IMG/VR virus record: IMGVR_UViG_3300042534_000747
Length of the DNA stretch: 64,000 nucleotides
From: a virus
Direction: 5' to 3' (one strand)
A model generated the notes under the pieces. It saw nothing but the letters and a program-made list of their open reading frames with translations. It ran no database searches and was not told the DNA's origin. Below, piece by piece: positions 51,372-59,360 of this stretch; position 1 is the first letter of the stretch, and every line of letters starts with the position of its first letter. The translations under genes and the position numbers were made by a program.

Positions 51372-53000
51372 TTATTCCCATCTGTTATTATTTGCTCTTC
51401 CATCTTTGAATATTTCAGTTGTTTCCTTTTTTGATTTTTTGAATGTATCAGTCATTTCTTTGTAGTGTGTGGATATTACATCTTGATATGTGCCTGTCAG
51501 GTATGAATGTTGTTGGTCATGATTTGAATGGCTAATGTGAGCATATTCATGAGATAGTTTGTTAAATAGGTAATGACCTAGTTCAAATGCATTGCCTGTC
51601 TTGTTAATCATTTCAGGATTGATGAGCAGATATACTTTATTATTGATATATTCCATTTGAGCTTGTGTTTCACTCTTTACATATTTTTTTGTTTCATCAT
51701 CAATGTTTCTGGTATAAAGAAGTCCTACACCTATATCATCTGTGTATCCTCTAATTTCCATGAATTGTAAGAGAATATTTCTCCAATAATGCAGTATTGT
51801 TTGTGGTTTTTTTGCAAATACGTCTTTTGGCACTTTTTTGTAATTTTCAACCTTTACAACAAATTCAAAACCAAATGGTGAGTGCATGATGAGGTCTTTT
51901 TGAACAAATGAATCTCTAAGTTCATCAATGTTTACTTCAGGATGTGTTATAATTTCAATTTCATTATTTTCAATTGCTTCCTGTTCAATTCTCTGATTTT
52001 CTTCTCTGATTTTTGTTGCAATTGCAGATGCAATACAATAATCAAAAGTTGTACCTTCATTTGTTGAATTTTCATCAACTATTTGTTCAATTTCAGATTC
52101 AGGAATTATATCTGCAAACATGTTTTTCAATGTTTGTTTGATTGTTTCACCCTTATATGTATTTACAAATGATGAAGTTTGTTTATCAAATACTGTAACA
52201 GGATTTACAATAACTTGCCTGTAAAGTTTTTGATATTCCCTATCATAACTCCATTTCAAAGATTCCCTACTGGATGTAAGGATAGTAGTGCTGTCTTTTG
52301 TGAGGTCAAGAATTGTTGTAATGGAAGAATCATCAAGACCTTCATAAAACATGGCAACTCCATGCACTCTAATAATCATCATGCCATTATTTTGCTTTTT
52401 CTTGATTTGTACATTAGCCCAATCAAGTTCACGCTTTGCACCTCTTTTGTCCATCTGTTCAAGAATTACATCATTAAGAGTGATTGTTGCTTTTGTAGTG
52501 CAAAGTGATACAAAAAATCTAATTTCAGAAATCCATGATGGTGCAGACATTCCTTCATCATATTTTATTTCTATTTTAGTGCCTTTTGGATGATTACCAT
52601 TATCGTAACCAATTGGTTGATTACCAAGCATTTCAGATGTAAGGTAGTATTGAGTTTTTCCATCCATACAAGTTGTTATACTCCATGATTCCCATGTGAA
52701 AAAGAGTACTTCCTTTGCCTTTCCAAAACCACCAACTGCATCAGGTGAATCCTTATGTGAACCACCTAGAGTCAAAAGTTTGTTGAGAAGGATATCTTCA
52801 TTCATCCCTCTACCATCATCAATAAGGGTAATGGTGCGTGATTCAGAATTAATTTCAATGTTGATGTTTTTTGCACCTGCATCAACACTATTTTGGATTG
52901 CTTCACGAATCCAGATAAAACGAATGTCATTTGAGTATTCATTTCTGGATTTTGCAAAGTATGAGTTGTCAAATTTTATTGTTGCTATTTCGCCTGCCAT
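51372..53000 (-). CDS. GHKL (HSP90/MORC-like) ATPase with C-terminal HExxH motif
   Basis: REAIQNSVDA, DDGRGM, GGFGKAK, GTKIEI; C-terminal SHEYAH...H. Confidence 0.8.
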   Translation of the reverse strand: MAGEIATIKFDNSYFAKSRNEYSNDIRFIWIREAIQNSVDAGAKNINIEINSESRTITLIDDGRGMNEDILLNKLLTLGGSHKDSPDAVGGFGKAKEVLFFTWESWSITTCMDGKTQYYLTSEMLGNQPIGYDNGNHPKGTKIEIKYDEGMSAPSWISEIRFFVSLCTTKATITLNDVILEQMDKRGAKRELDWANVQIKKKQNNGMMIIRVHGVAMFYEGLDDSSITTILDLTKDSTTILTSSRESLKWSYDREYQKLYRQVIVNPVTVFDKQTSSFVNTYKGETIKQTLKNMFADIIPESEIEQIVDENSTNEGTTFDYCIASAIATKIREENQRIEQEAIENNEIEIITHPEVNIDELRDSFVQKDLIMHSPFGFEFVVKVENYKKVPKDVFAKKPQTILHYWRNILLQFMEIRGYTDDIGVGLLYTRNIDDETKKYVKSETQAQMEYINNKVYLLINPEMINKTGNAFELGHYLFNKLSHEYAHISHSNHDQQHSYLTGTYQDVISTHYKEMTDTFKKSKKETTEIFKDGRANNNRWE

Positions 53001-53112
53001 GTTAATTCACCTACAATGCTATACAAGGTTGTAATAGTATATAAATGTTTGTGAAATTATGAGTAGAAATGTGCAAATAATTAAAGATTTGTAATAAAAA
53101 AGGAAAAAAGAA

Positions 53113-53334
53113 TTATTTATTTGATTTTCTTATATAATTCATTAGAAAATCATGTGCTTCTTTTTTACTAGTTGTCATTTTTGAAGGATAACCATTGTAA
53201 TATACTGCATATTTATAATTTGGAGTACCCACTGAATTTACTGATTTTGTAAATTTGTCTACAATGATTTCAGTTTTATTTATTTTTGATGTGTAGGAAT
53301 CTTCACCTACTTTTTTCCAATCTTTTAGTGCCAT
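53113..53334 (-). CDS. small basic hypothetical protein
   Basis: 73-aa ORF. Confidence 0.55.
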   Translation of the reverse strand: MALKDWKKVGEDSYTSKINKTEIIVDKFTKSVNSVGTPNYKYAVYYNGYPSKMTTSKKEAHDFLMNYIRKSNK

Positions 53335-53336
53335 AT

Positions 53337-53531
53337 TTATCTTTCCGATTTATATAGGAACTTATTTTTTTGTTTGTTTGGGTATCCCCAATTATGAGCT
53401 TGCTTGTCGGTGATTTCACCTGATTTATTAAGATTATCTACATGGCATTGCCATTCATATTTATTTTCACCTATATCATCTGTTGGTGTATACCATCCAA
53501 AAAATTCAAATTCTGCATCTGCTTTATTCAT
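53337..53531 (-). CDS. small protein, paralog of 62932..63144
   Basis: MNK.DAE..FF...W...L...G.IT.KQA..W.YPNKQK.KF. Confidence 0.7.
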   Translation of the reverse strand: MNKADAEFEFFGWYTPTDDIGENKYEWQCHVDNLNKSGEITDKQAHNWGYPNKQKNKFLYKSER

Positions 53532-53557
53532 TATTTCACCTTTAAAAACTGAAGTGA

Positions 53558-53794
53558 TTAAACTTCAGTAATTTTAATATCTTTCCTTACAAACCAACCA
53601 TGTTCACCTGTTTTATATCCTTCTTTTTTAGCAATAATTGCTCTAGCAGTTCCGCTTGCACCTGCCCAACTAGCACTATTCCAATCTTCAGTTCCAATTG
53701 CAACAGGTACGTTTTTTACAATTCTGTACACACGAATATTTCTATTCATTCCTCTTCTATCTGAACCACTTTCTATATAGATATATGATGGCAT
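53558..53794 (-). CDS. small basic hypothetical protein
   Basis: 78-aa ORF with SD aggtga. Confidence 0.6.
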   Translation of the reverse strand: MPSYIYIESGSDRRGMNRNIRVYRIVKNVPVAIGTEDWNSASWAGASGTARAIIAKKEGYKTGEHGWFVRKDIKITEV

Positions 53795-53851
53795 TTATTT
53801 CACCTGATTATATATTAAGTTATAAGTATATAAATATTTTTACATTTGTTG

Positions 53852-54313
53852 TTATATGATTTTGTAAAGTTTGAATAAATTATATGCACCAAAATTTGTA
53901 GTATAATCTGTTTTAAATTTAGTTACTTTTGTTACATCTTCAGGTGTATCATATACTTCTATGTTTGTAAAGTTATAAAAATGCTTTAATATGAATTGTG
54001 GAAGAAATGAAGTACAATCATATTGGAATCCATTGACGGAAAGCCATGCATGTCTAAATTCATCACCATTTCTTTCCACATCACTTCTTACAATATCTGC
54101 ATCAAATCCTAATGCAGTAAAAATTTCAAATTGCTCTGCTGCCATATTTGAACAGTCGTGTACGCCTTTTACATATGAAAATGAATGGATTGAATATAAA
54201 ATACATATTGCAATCAAAAAAATCATAAATATTTTATACGTTTTAAAAGATATCATAACTAAATCAGTGGTTGTAATAATATATAAAACTTTCTTGAAAT
54301 TGGTAGTAATCAA
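53852..54313 (-). CDS. membrane-anchored transglutaminase-like (Cys-His-Asp) protein
   Basis: TM, then HDCSN...RHAWL...QYDCT. Confidence 0.6.
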   Translation of the reverse strand: MITTNFKKVLYIITTTDLVMISFKTYKIFMIFLIAICILYSIHSFSYVKGVHDCSNMAAEQFEIFTALGFDADIVRSDVERNGDEFRHAWLSVNGFQYDCTSFLPQFILKHFYNFTNIEVYDTPEDVTKVTKFKTDYTTNFGAYNLFKLYKII

Positions 54314-54397
54314 TTTTACGTTTTTTTAGTTAAATTTAAATAACATGAAGGATATTAGTTGTATTGTTCTATTGTAAATTAATAGGGATGATAAATA

Positions 54398-54955
54398 ATG
54401 AAAACTGAAGCATTTTATGTTGAAAGAATTAGAGAACTTGAAGATGAAAACGTACTTCTTGCTAAAAAATTGAAAGTAGTTCAGGCAAATATTAAGCATG
54501 TTGAAGCAGAAAGTTGGAAAGGTAAGGATTCACCTACAATTAATAGTTTCAATGGTTACTATATTTTTACAGAACATCGTAAGGATAAGTTCACTAATGA
54601 AGTAAAGGATATTAATCATAAAATTCAGAATGAAACTGTAAAAAAGATATATGATATAATTAAGAAACATGTTAATTATAGATGTGACATTGCAGGATAT
54701 AAATTTGATAATGCACATGCTCCTTTGATTTTTGATGTTGGAGCAAGGGATTTATGGATTGAACTAATTGATGAATATAAGATTCGTGTTGAATTGGATG
54801 CTTTTAATGGTGGTCAGAATAGAAATAAGTATTATTTCCCATTGTACTATTACCCTCTGAAGATTCTGGAAAGCAAGGGTGTTATTGAGTATGAAGGATA
54901 TGGTAGAATTAGACTTCTAGAAACAAATTATAAAATTTATAGTGGTAATAATTAA
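54398..54955 (+). CDS. hypothetical protein
   Basis: 185-aa ORF. Confidence 0.65.
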   Translation: MKTEAFYVERIRELEDENVLLAKKLKVVQANIKHVEAESWKGKDSPTINSFNGYYIFTEHRKDKFTNEVKDINHKIQNETVKKIYDIIKKHVNYRCDIAGYKFDNAHAPLIFDVGARDLWIELIDEYKIRVELDAFNGGQNRNKYYFPLYYYPLKILESKGVIEYEGYGRIRLLETNYKIYSGNN

Positions 54956-54967
54956 TTACCACTTTTA

Positions 54968-55210
54968 TTAAGAAATAGTCCAATCATTGTTACATTTTTT
55001 ACATTTTCTTTTGATGTATGTTCTATGACCAAACATAGATGAATAACTATGACCATAATTAATATTTTTGAAATCTGTTGTATTACCACATTTTAGGCAT
55101 TTTCTAGGATTCTGTGTCTGTTTTTCAATAAAATCAACAATATTATCCATTTCTTGTAGTATTTTAATTAATGATTTTTTTTCTTCTTCAGTTAATGGTT
55201 TTTTAGTCAT
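54968..55210 (-). CDS. Zn-ribbon protein, paralog of 55854..56099
   Basis: PRKCLKCGN...FKN..YG...C..C.N.WT. Confidence 0.7.
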   Translation of the reverse strand: MTKKPLTEEEKKSLIKILQEMDNIVDFIEKQTQNPRKCLKCGNTTDFKNINYGHSYSSMFGHRTYIKRKCKKCNNDWTIS

Positions 55211-55237
55211 ATATTAATTTCCTATATAAAAAGGGAA

Positions 55238-55456
55238 TTACTTTTTTCCCTTTCTAATATCTTCAATGGTGTATTTTTTTATGTTTTTAGAGAGTGTGAC
55301 TGAGCCATCTACAAACCCTGTCATAAAATCACCATTAATTTCAAGTTTATCCATCCACATACCAGTATTACAAACATCATTTTCATATACTGAAATCATG
55401 ATTGGCGTTGGGCTATCTTGAACATCATCATCTTCTATTACTATTTTATATGGCAT
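55238..55456 (-). CDS. hypothetical protein
   Basis: 72-aa ORF. Confidence 0.55.
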   Translation of the reverse strand: MPYKIVIEDDDVQDSPTPIMISVYENDVCNTGMWMDKLEINGDFMTGFVDGSVTLSKNIKKYTIEDIRKGKK

Positions 55457-55542
55457 AGTAATGCATTGTAATGTATTTGTAGTATATAAATGTTTTTAGA
55501 TTAAAGAAATTAAAGAAAATGCAAAAAAGTTAATTATTGTAC

Positions 55543-55797
55543 TTAATATTCCTTTTCGTAATGGTCTTTATTGTTTTTTGTTACGGTTTTTATAATTCTA
55601 GGTGAAATTTCTTTTGATAATCTGATTATTCTTTTTTCTATAAGATGAATAATCTCAACTATTTCATCTTCTTTACTTTCATAACCTATTATAAATGTTG
55701 CAAACATTTCACTATTATTAATACATTTACCAATTTGACCGTTACCTCTTTTGTCACCTATCCATATTTCATACCATTTGTTTGTTTCAAAATCCAT
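55543..55797 (-). CDS. hypothetical protein
   Basis: 84-aa ORF with SD aggtga. Confidence 0.55.
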   Translation of the reverse strand: MDFETNKWYEIWIGDKRGNGQIGKCINNSEMFATFIIGYESKEDEIVEIIHLIEKRIIRLSKEISPRIIKTVTKNNKDHYEKEY

Positions 55798-55853
55798 AAT
55801 TTCACCTGTAATATTATAAATGGGTGTAATATTATATAAATGTATGTCTTATT

Positions 55854-56099
55854 TCACAATCTCATAGTCCATCTATTTTCACAATTTATACATATTCTCA
55901 TAATATGCATTTTTGAACCAATTCCTGAAAAATATCTTCCACCATATTGAACATTTTTAAAATTTGAACTGTTTCCACATTTCAAACATTTTCTCGGACT
56001 TTGATTTTGAAGTTCTATTGAATTTGTAATTTCTTCTATAATTTTATTACGTTCTTCAAGTAATGCTTTTTTTTCTTCATTTGTTAAATTATTATTCAT
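55854..56099 (-). CDS. Zn-ribbon protein, paralog of 54968..55210
   Basis: Same shared motif as 54968..55210. Confidence 0.7.
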   Translation of the reverse strand: MNNNLTNEEKKALLEERNKIIEEITNSIELQNQSPRKCLKCGNSSNFKNVQYGGRYFSGIGSKMHIMRICINCENRWTMRL

Positions 56100-56206
56100 A
56101 ATTTATATTATGATATAGTTTTAGATTAATTATAGTATATAAATATTTTTACAATTAAATTAAAAAAATTATAAATACTTATTTATTGTAAGTTTATTGG
56201 TGATTT

Positions 56207-56483
56207 TTGATTAATTATAAAATTTTTGGTTTCAATTTAAGTAGAGATTATGAAGGAAATTTTTATGGTGATGGAACATATGAAACAAAATATTTAGTGA
56301 TTCTTAGACATGATTCTTCAGATAAAAATATAGTTAAAGCATTAAGGGATATTGGATTTTTTTAGAAAAGGAATACATTCTACTAATTATAAAATAAGCG
56401 GTGATACTGAAAAATCGTTGATAATTAAATCTGCTAAGAGTGGAATGTTTATATGTGAATTAAGAAAAATAAATGATTATTAG
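56207..56483 (+). pseudogene. small gene with a 1-bp insertion in a T7 run (about 91 aa if repaired)
   Basis: ggtga SD plus TTG at 56207. Span is 277 nt (3n+1); removing one T at 56357-56363 restores the frame. Confidence 0.45.
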
Positions 56484-58717
56484 TCATTTATTTCTATACC
56501 TTTTTCTTCAAAGTACATATTTCTTGCATCAATGATGCTTGTTTTTGAAGGCAACTCATTATTTAGCATTTTTTGTCTACACCATCCATAAAAATAATTA
56601 TCGAATGCAGTATATAATTTGCTTTCATGTGGCTTGCCATTCTTCAGTACTATATCGAATGCACCACGAAGGTTTTTCCATGTATTATAGAAATGTCCTT
56701 TTGTTTTGGTCATGAAGCCTGTTGCATCTTCAATCACAAAACCTTCAACATATTCATTATTGTATTTGTAATTTTCAGAATTGACTTCATTATATAGTTC
56801 AAGGAAATCTTCTATATTGTCTACTGTATAGCAAAGTTCCTTTACTTCAATACCTAATTCATTGCCTAATTTTTGAACTTCATCATATGGAAGTTTTTCA
56901 TATTCAAATGTCCTTCTAACTAGGTCAAGTAAGATGATTTTTGGTTTTGAGTATTCAATTATATGAGGGTCTTTTTCAGGATGAATAACTTCAAAAATTG
57001 CACTAGTATTATTTATTTTATTATAATTTTTGAGAAATTCACGCTTTTCTTCTGTAACGGAATCATTGAATATTTCTTCAAATGTAAGTGCATAATTACC
57101 TGCATTATTTGAATATTCTTTTGCATCATATGATTTTGATGAAATGAATAGTTTGTCAAATTCACTGTTGTAACCTATAATTCCTAAAAATCCATTATAT
57201 TTTAGGTAGAATTTTACAGGGAACTGTAGATTCTTAATTAATTGTGAAAGTTGCACTTCAGGTATATTTCTCTGGTCTACATTGAAGAATTTTTCATATG
57301 AACGTGATACTATTTCAAGTGTACTAAGATTTATGAAAAGTCCTCTTGCTTTGATTGTCTGACTATTCCATTTATTGTTTCTAAATACTGAACTGGTAAA
57401 ATTATATGATATAACATTATCAGATAGAGCACGTTTATTAATATTGTTATTTGAATTTAACAAATTAATTATTTCATTATAAGATTTATTTAATGGTAAT
57501 TCAGTTCTTTTTTCATAAACCTTAAATACTGTATTTTTGATTTCAATAGGTGTGAAACCTGTGGAATCTAGTGTAAGGCATCTGAGATTACCACCTGATT
57601 CAATTTCATGGTTCAGATTGAAACATCTGTCATTGATTTGAATAGGGTCAAGTAATTTGTTTCTATGTCCGTGTACCTGATATGTATCATTAGGAGAATG
57701 CTTCATGAAGGCATTATTTACAATATTCATATCATCATACATACCAACTCCACGAATCATCTCATGGCAAGCTATGAAAGCTATGTTTTCAGGCATCTTA
57801 GAGATTCCTGCATGGGTTACAATTACATTTTTGTCATGGAATTTGTAATATAGGCATGGATAGAGCTTGCGATAGAACATTCTTGCATCTTTCTTTGTGA
57901 ATCCTGCATTAACAAGTTGATGAACTGTTTTATGCATAAATTCTTTAGATGCATATCTTGTTTCTGTTTCATTTGAATATCCCCAATTTTTCAAATGAAT
58001 TTCATGATTACCTTCAAGCATAACTACATTAGGCATGTTGATAATGCTTTTTAGGAAATTCATTACTTCACCATTTTCAATACCTCTATCAATATAGTCA
58101 CCTACAAAAATATAAAATTCATTAGGGTCAATTCCATTTTTGAGGTATTCCTGAAGAACTGTATTGCATCCATGAATATCTCCAATGTGATGAATTTTTT
58201 TGTAATTTGAAAGGTCTGTGATTTTGGTTTTAAATGTTTCATTAAAATCTTCAGGTTTAATTACAGTTACAAATGATTGTGGTTCAAGAACTTCAAACCT
58301 TGCATTCATCTTTTCAAGTACATCTTCAGGTACAAATTTATATTCTTCTCTATTTTTGTTTCTACGCTTTACTTCTTCAAGAGGTATGTCTGTAAAATCA
58401 AGTGCATAAACTCTATATTTGTATTTATCAGTGAGATTTTTGTATTTTTTGTAATCTTGGGTTCTGGAATGTGTAGCATCAATAATAATGAATTCTCCAC
58501 GTTCCATACGCTTTTCTACAAGCTCCATTATGAGTTTCCATACATAATTATCATTAAATTGAGAAATTCCATCTGTGCCATCAGGCATCTGTATAGGTGA
58601 CTGAACTAAAAGTCTAATAGAGTCTGCACTAATGGTATATTTTTCAAGATTATTATTTTTTAGGAAAGTGGATTTTCCACATCCTGCTATTCCTCTCATG
58701 AGTACTAAATTTTTCAT
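56480..58717 (-). CDS. RNA-repair fusion: polynucleotide kinase + calcineurin-like phosphoesterase + T4 Rnl1-like RNA ligase
   Basis: GIAGCGKST and DATH; GDIHG, GDYIDRG, GNHE, HAG, HGH; ARGLF, RSYEKFFN, KYNG, EGFV, KTK; start set at ATG 58717 after ggtga. Confidence 0.9.
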   Translation of the reverse strand: MKNLVLMRGIAGCGKSTFLKNNNLEKYTISADSIRLLVQSPIQMPDGTDGISQFNDNYVWKLIMELVEKRMERGEFIIIDATHSRTQDYKKYKNLTDKYKYRVYALDFTDIPLEEVKRRNKNREEYKFVPEDVLEKMNARFEVLEPQSFVTVIKPEDFNETFKTKITDLSNYKKIHHIGDIHGCNTVLQEYLKNGIDPNEFYIFVGDYIDRGIENGEVMNFLKSIINMPNVVMLEGNHEIHLKNWGYSNETETRYASKEFMHKTVHQLVNAGFTKKDARMFYRKLYPCLYYKFHDKNVIVTHAGISKMPENIAFIACHEMIRGVGMYDDMNIVNNAFMKHSPNDTYQVHGHRNKLLDPIQINDRCFNLNHEIESGGNLRCLTLDSTGFTPIEIKNTVFKVYEKRTELPLNKSYNEIINLLNSNNNINKRALSDNVISYNFTSSVFRNNKWNSQTIKARGLFINLSTLEIVSRSYEKFFNVDQRNIPEVQLSQLIKNLQFPVKFYLKYNGFLGIIGYNSEFDKLFISSKSYDAKEYSNNAGNYALTFEEIFNDSVTEEKREFLKNYNKINNTSAIFEVIHPEKDPHIIEYSKPKIILLDLVRRTFEYEKLPYDEVQKLGNELGIEVKELCYTVDNIEDFLELYNEVNSENYKYNNEYVEGFVIEDATGFMTKTKGHFYNTWKNLRGAFDIVLKNGKPHESKLYTAFDNYFYGWCRQKMLNNELPSKTSIIDARNMYFEEKGIEIND

Positions 58718-58767
58718 TTTTTCACCATTGATTAAACAATGGTTGTAATGATATTTAAAAGTATGCA

Positions 58768-58779
58768 AAAAAAAGAAAT
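58768..58779 (-). terminator. oligo-T terminator downstream of the CRISPR array
   Basis: A-run on the + strand (T-run on minus) about 30 bp past the last repeat. Confidence 0.45.
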
Positions 58780-58809
58780 TAATGAAGCCATTTTGCTTCA
58801 ATGTAGCCA

Positions 58810-59126
58810 GTCACAATTCAACATTGTTGGAATAATGTATTGTAACACCAGACAACAAAATAAGAAATATCAAAAGAAGCATAAGTCACAATTCAACATA
58901 TTTGAAATGTTGTATGACAACTAATCCATTCAAAAGAAGAAGAAGTTATATGTTAACATCACAATTCAACATTGTTGGAATGTTGTATTGTAACATTTAG
59001 TATGAGTCCTGATTGTCACAATTCAACATTGTTGGAGTGTTGTATGACAACTCTATTCTTGGTAATGTTGCATGAGCAGTATTATGTGTGTCACAATTCA
59101 ACATTGTTGGAGTGTTGTATGGCAAC
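58810..59126 (-). CRISPR. CRISPR mini-array: 5 x 37-bp repeats, 4 spacers
   Basis: Repeats at 58810-58846, 58885-58921, 58958-58994, 59015-59051 and 59090-59126. Minus-strand consensus GTTGTCATACAACACTCCAACAATGTTGAATTGTGAC. Unique spacers of 38, 36, 20 and 38 bp. Degeneracy is greater toward low coordinates. Confidence 0.88.
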
Positions 59127-59285
59127 ACTGTAATGTATATTGTTTTTATTTATACAACATTTAGTTGATGTTGATTCTTGAATCATTGATTTCCTAATGG
59201 AACATCTCAAACAAGCTCACCCCATATGTGCTACGGTGTATATGATTATTAATTATTTGAATTGTACTTGGTTATCGTACAAGTC
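59127..59285 (-). ncRNA. putative tracrRNA / omegaRNA-like leader RNA
   Basis: Own TATA at about 59304-59315. Hairpins TTGTAC/GTACAA and CCGTA-gcaca-TATGG; nested CTTG..TTGA..TTCC-atta-GGAA..TCAA..CAAG; repeat-complementary segment at 59152-59174. Confidence 0.6.
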
Positions 59286-59302
59286 ATATAATGTACGTTA
59301 TC

Positions 59303-59316
59303 ATATATAAATGTTC
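59303..59316 (-). promoter_or_regulatory. archaeal BRE/TATA driving the leader-array transcript
   Basis: Minus-strand AGAACATTTATATATG, matching the box found upstream of many minus-strand genes. Confidence 0.65.
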
Positions 59317-59360
59317 TGTAAGAAAAGAAATCTTGTATTTATAAAGAAAAAAATAAAAAT

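Noticed and set aside
58718-58801. N-terminal 28 aa of the 773-aa Pnk-ligase ORF
   Set aside because: It overlaps the promoter and terminator; the ATG at 58717 has a ggtga SD and starts the kinase domain.
826-58924. Many short opposite-strand or overlapping ORFs in the track (e.g. 826..1095, 2156..2347, 8230..8439, 16916..17107, 20709..21044, 23199..23417, 47143..47592, 52179..53034, 57665..58600, 58739..58924)
   Set aside because: They are shadows of longer, motif-bearing genes or lie over the CRISPR array; no SD or recognisable motifs.
59146-59182. Sixth degenerate CRISPR repeat
   Set aside because: It matches better in inverted orientation (8+7 exact) and lacks the repeat termini; treated as an anti-repeat/leader hairpin instead.
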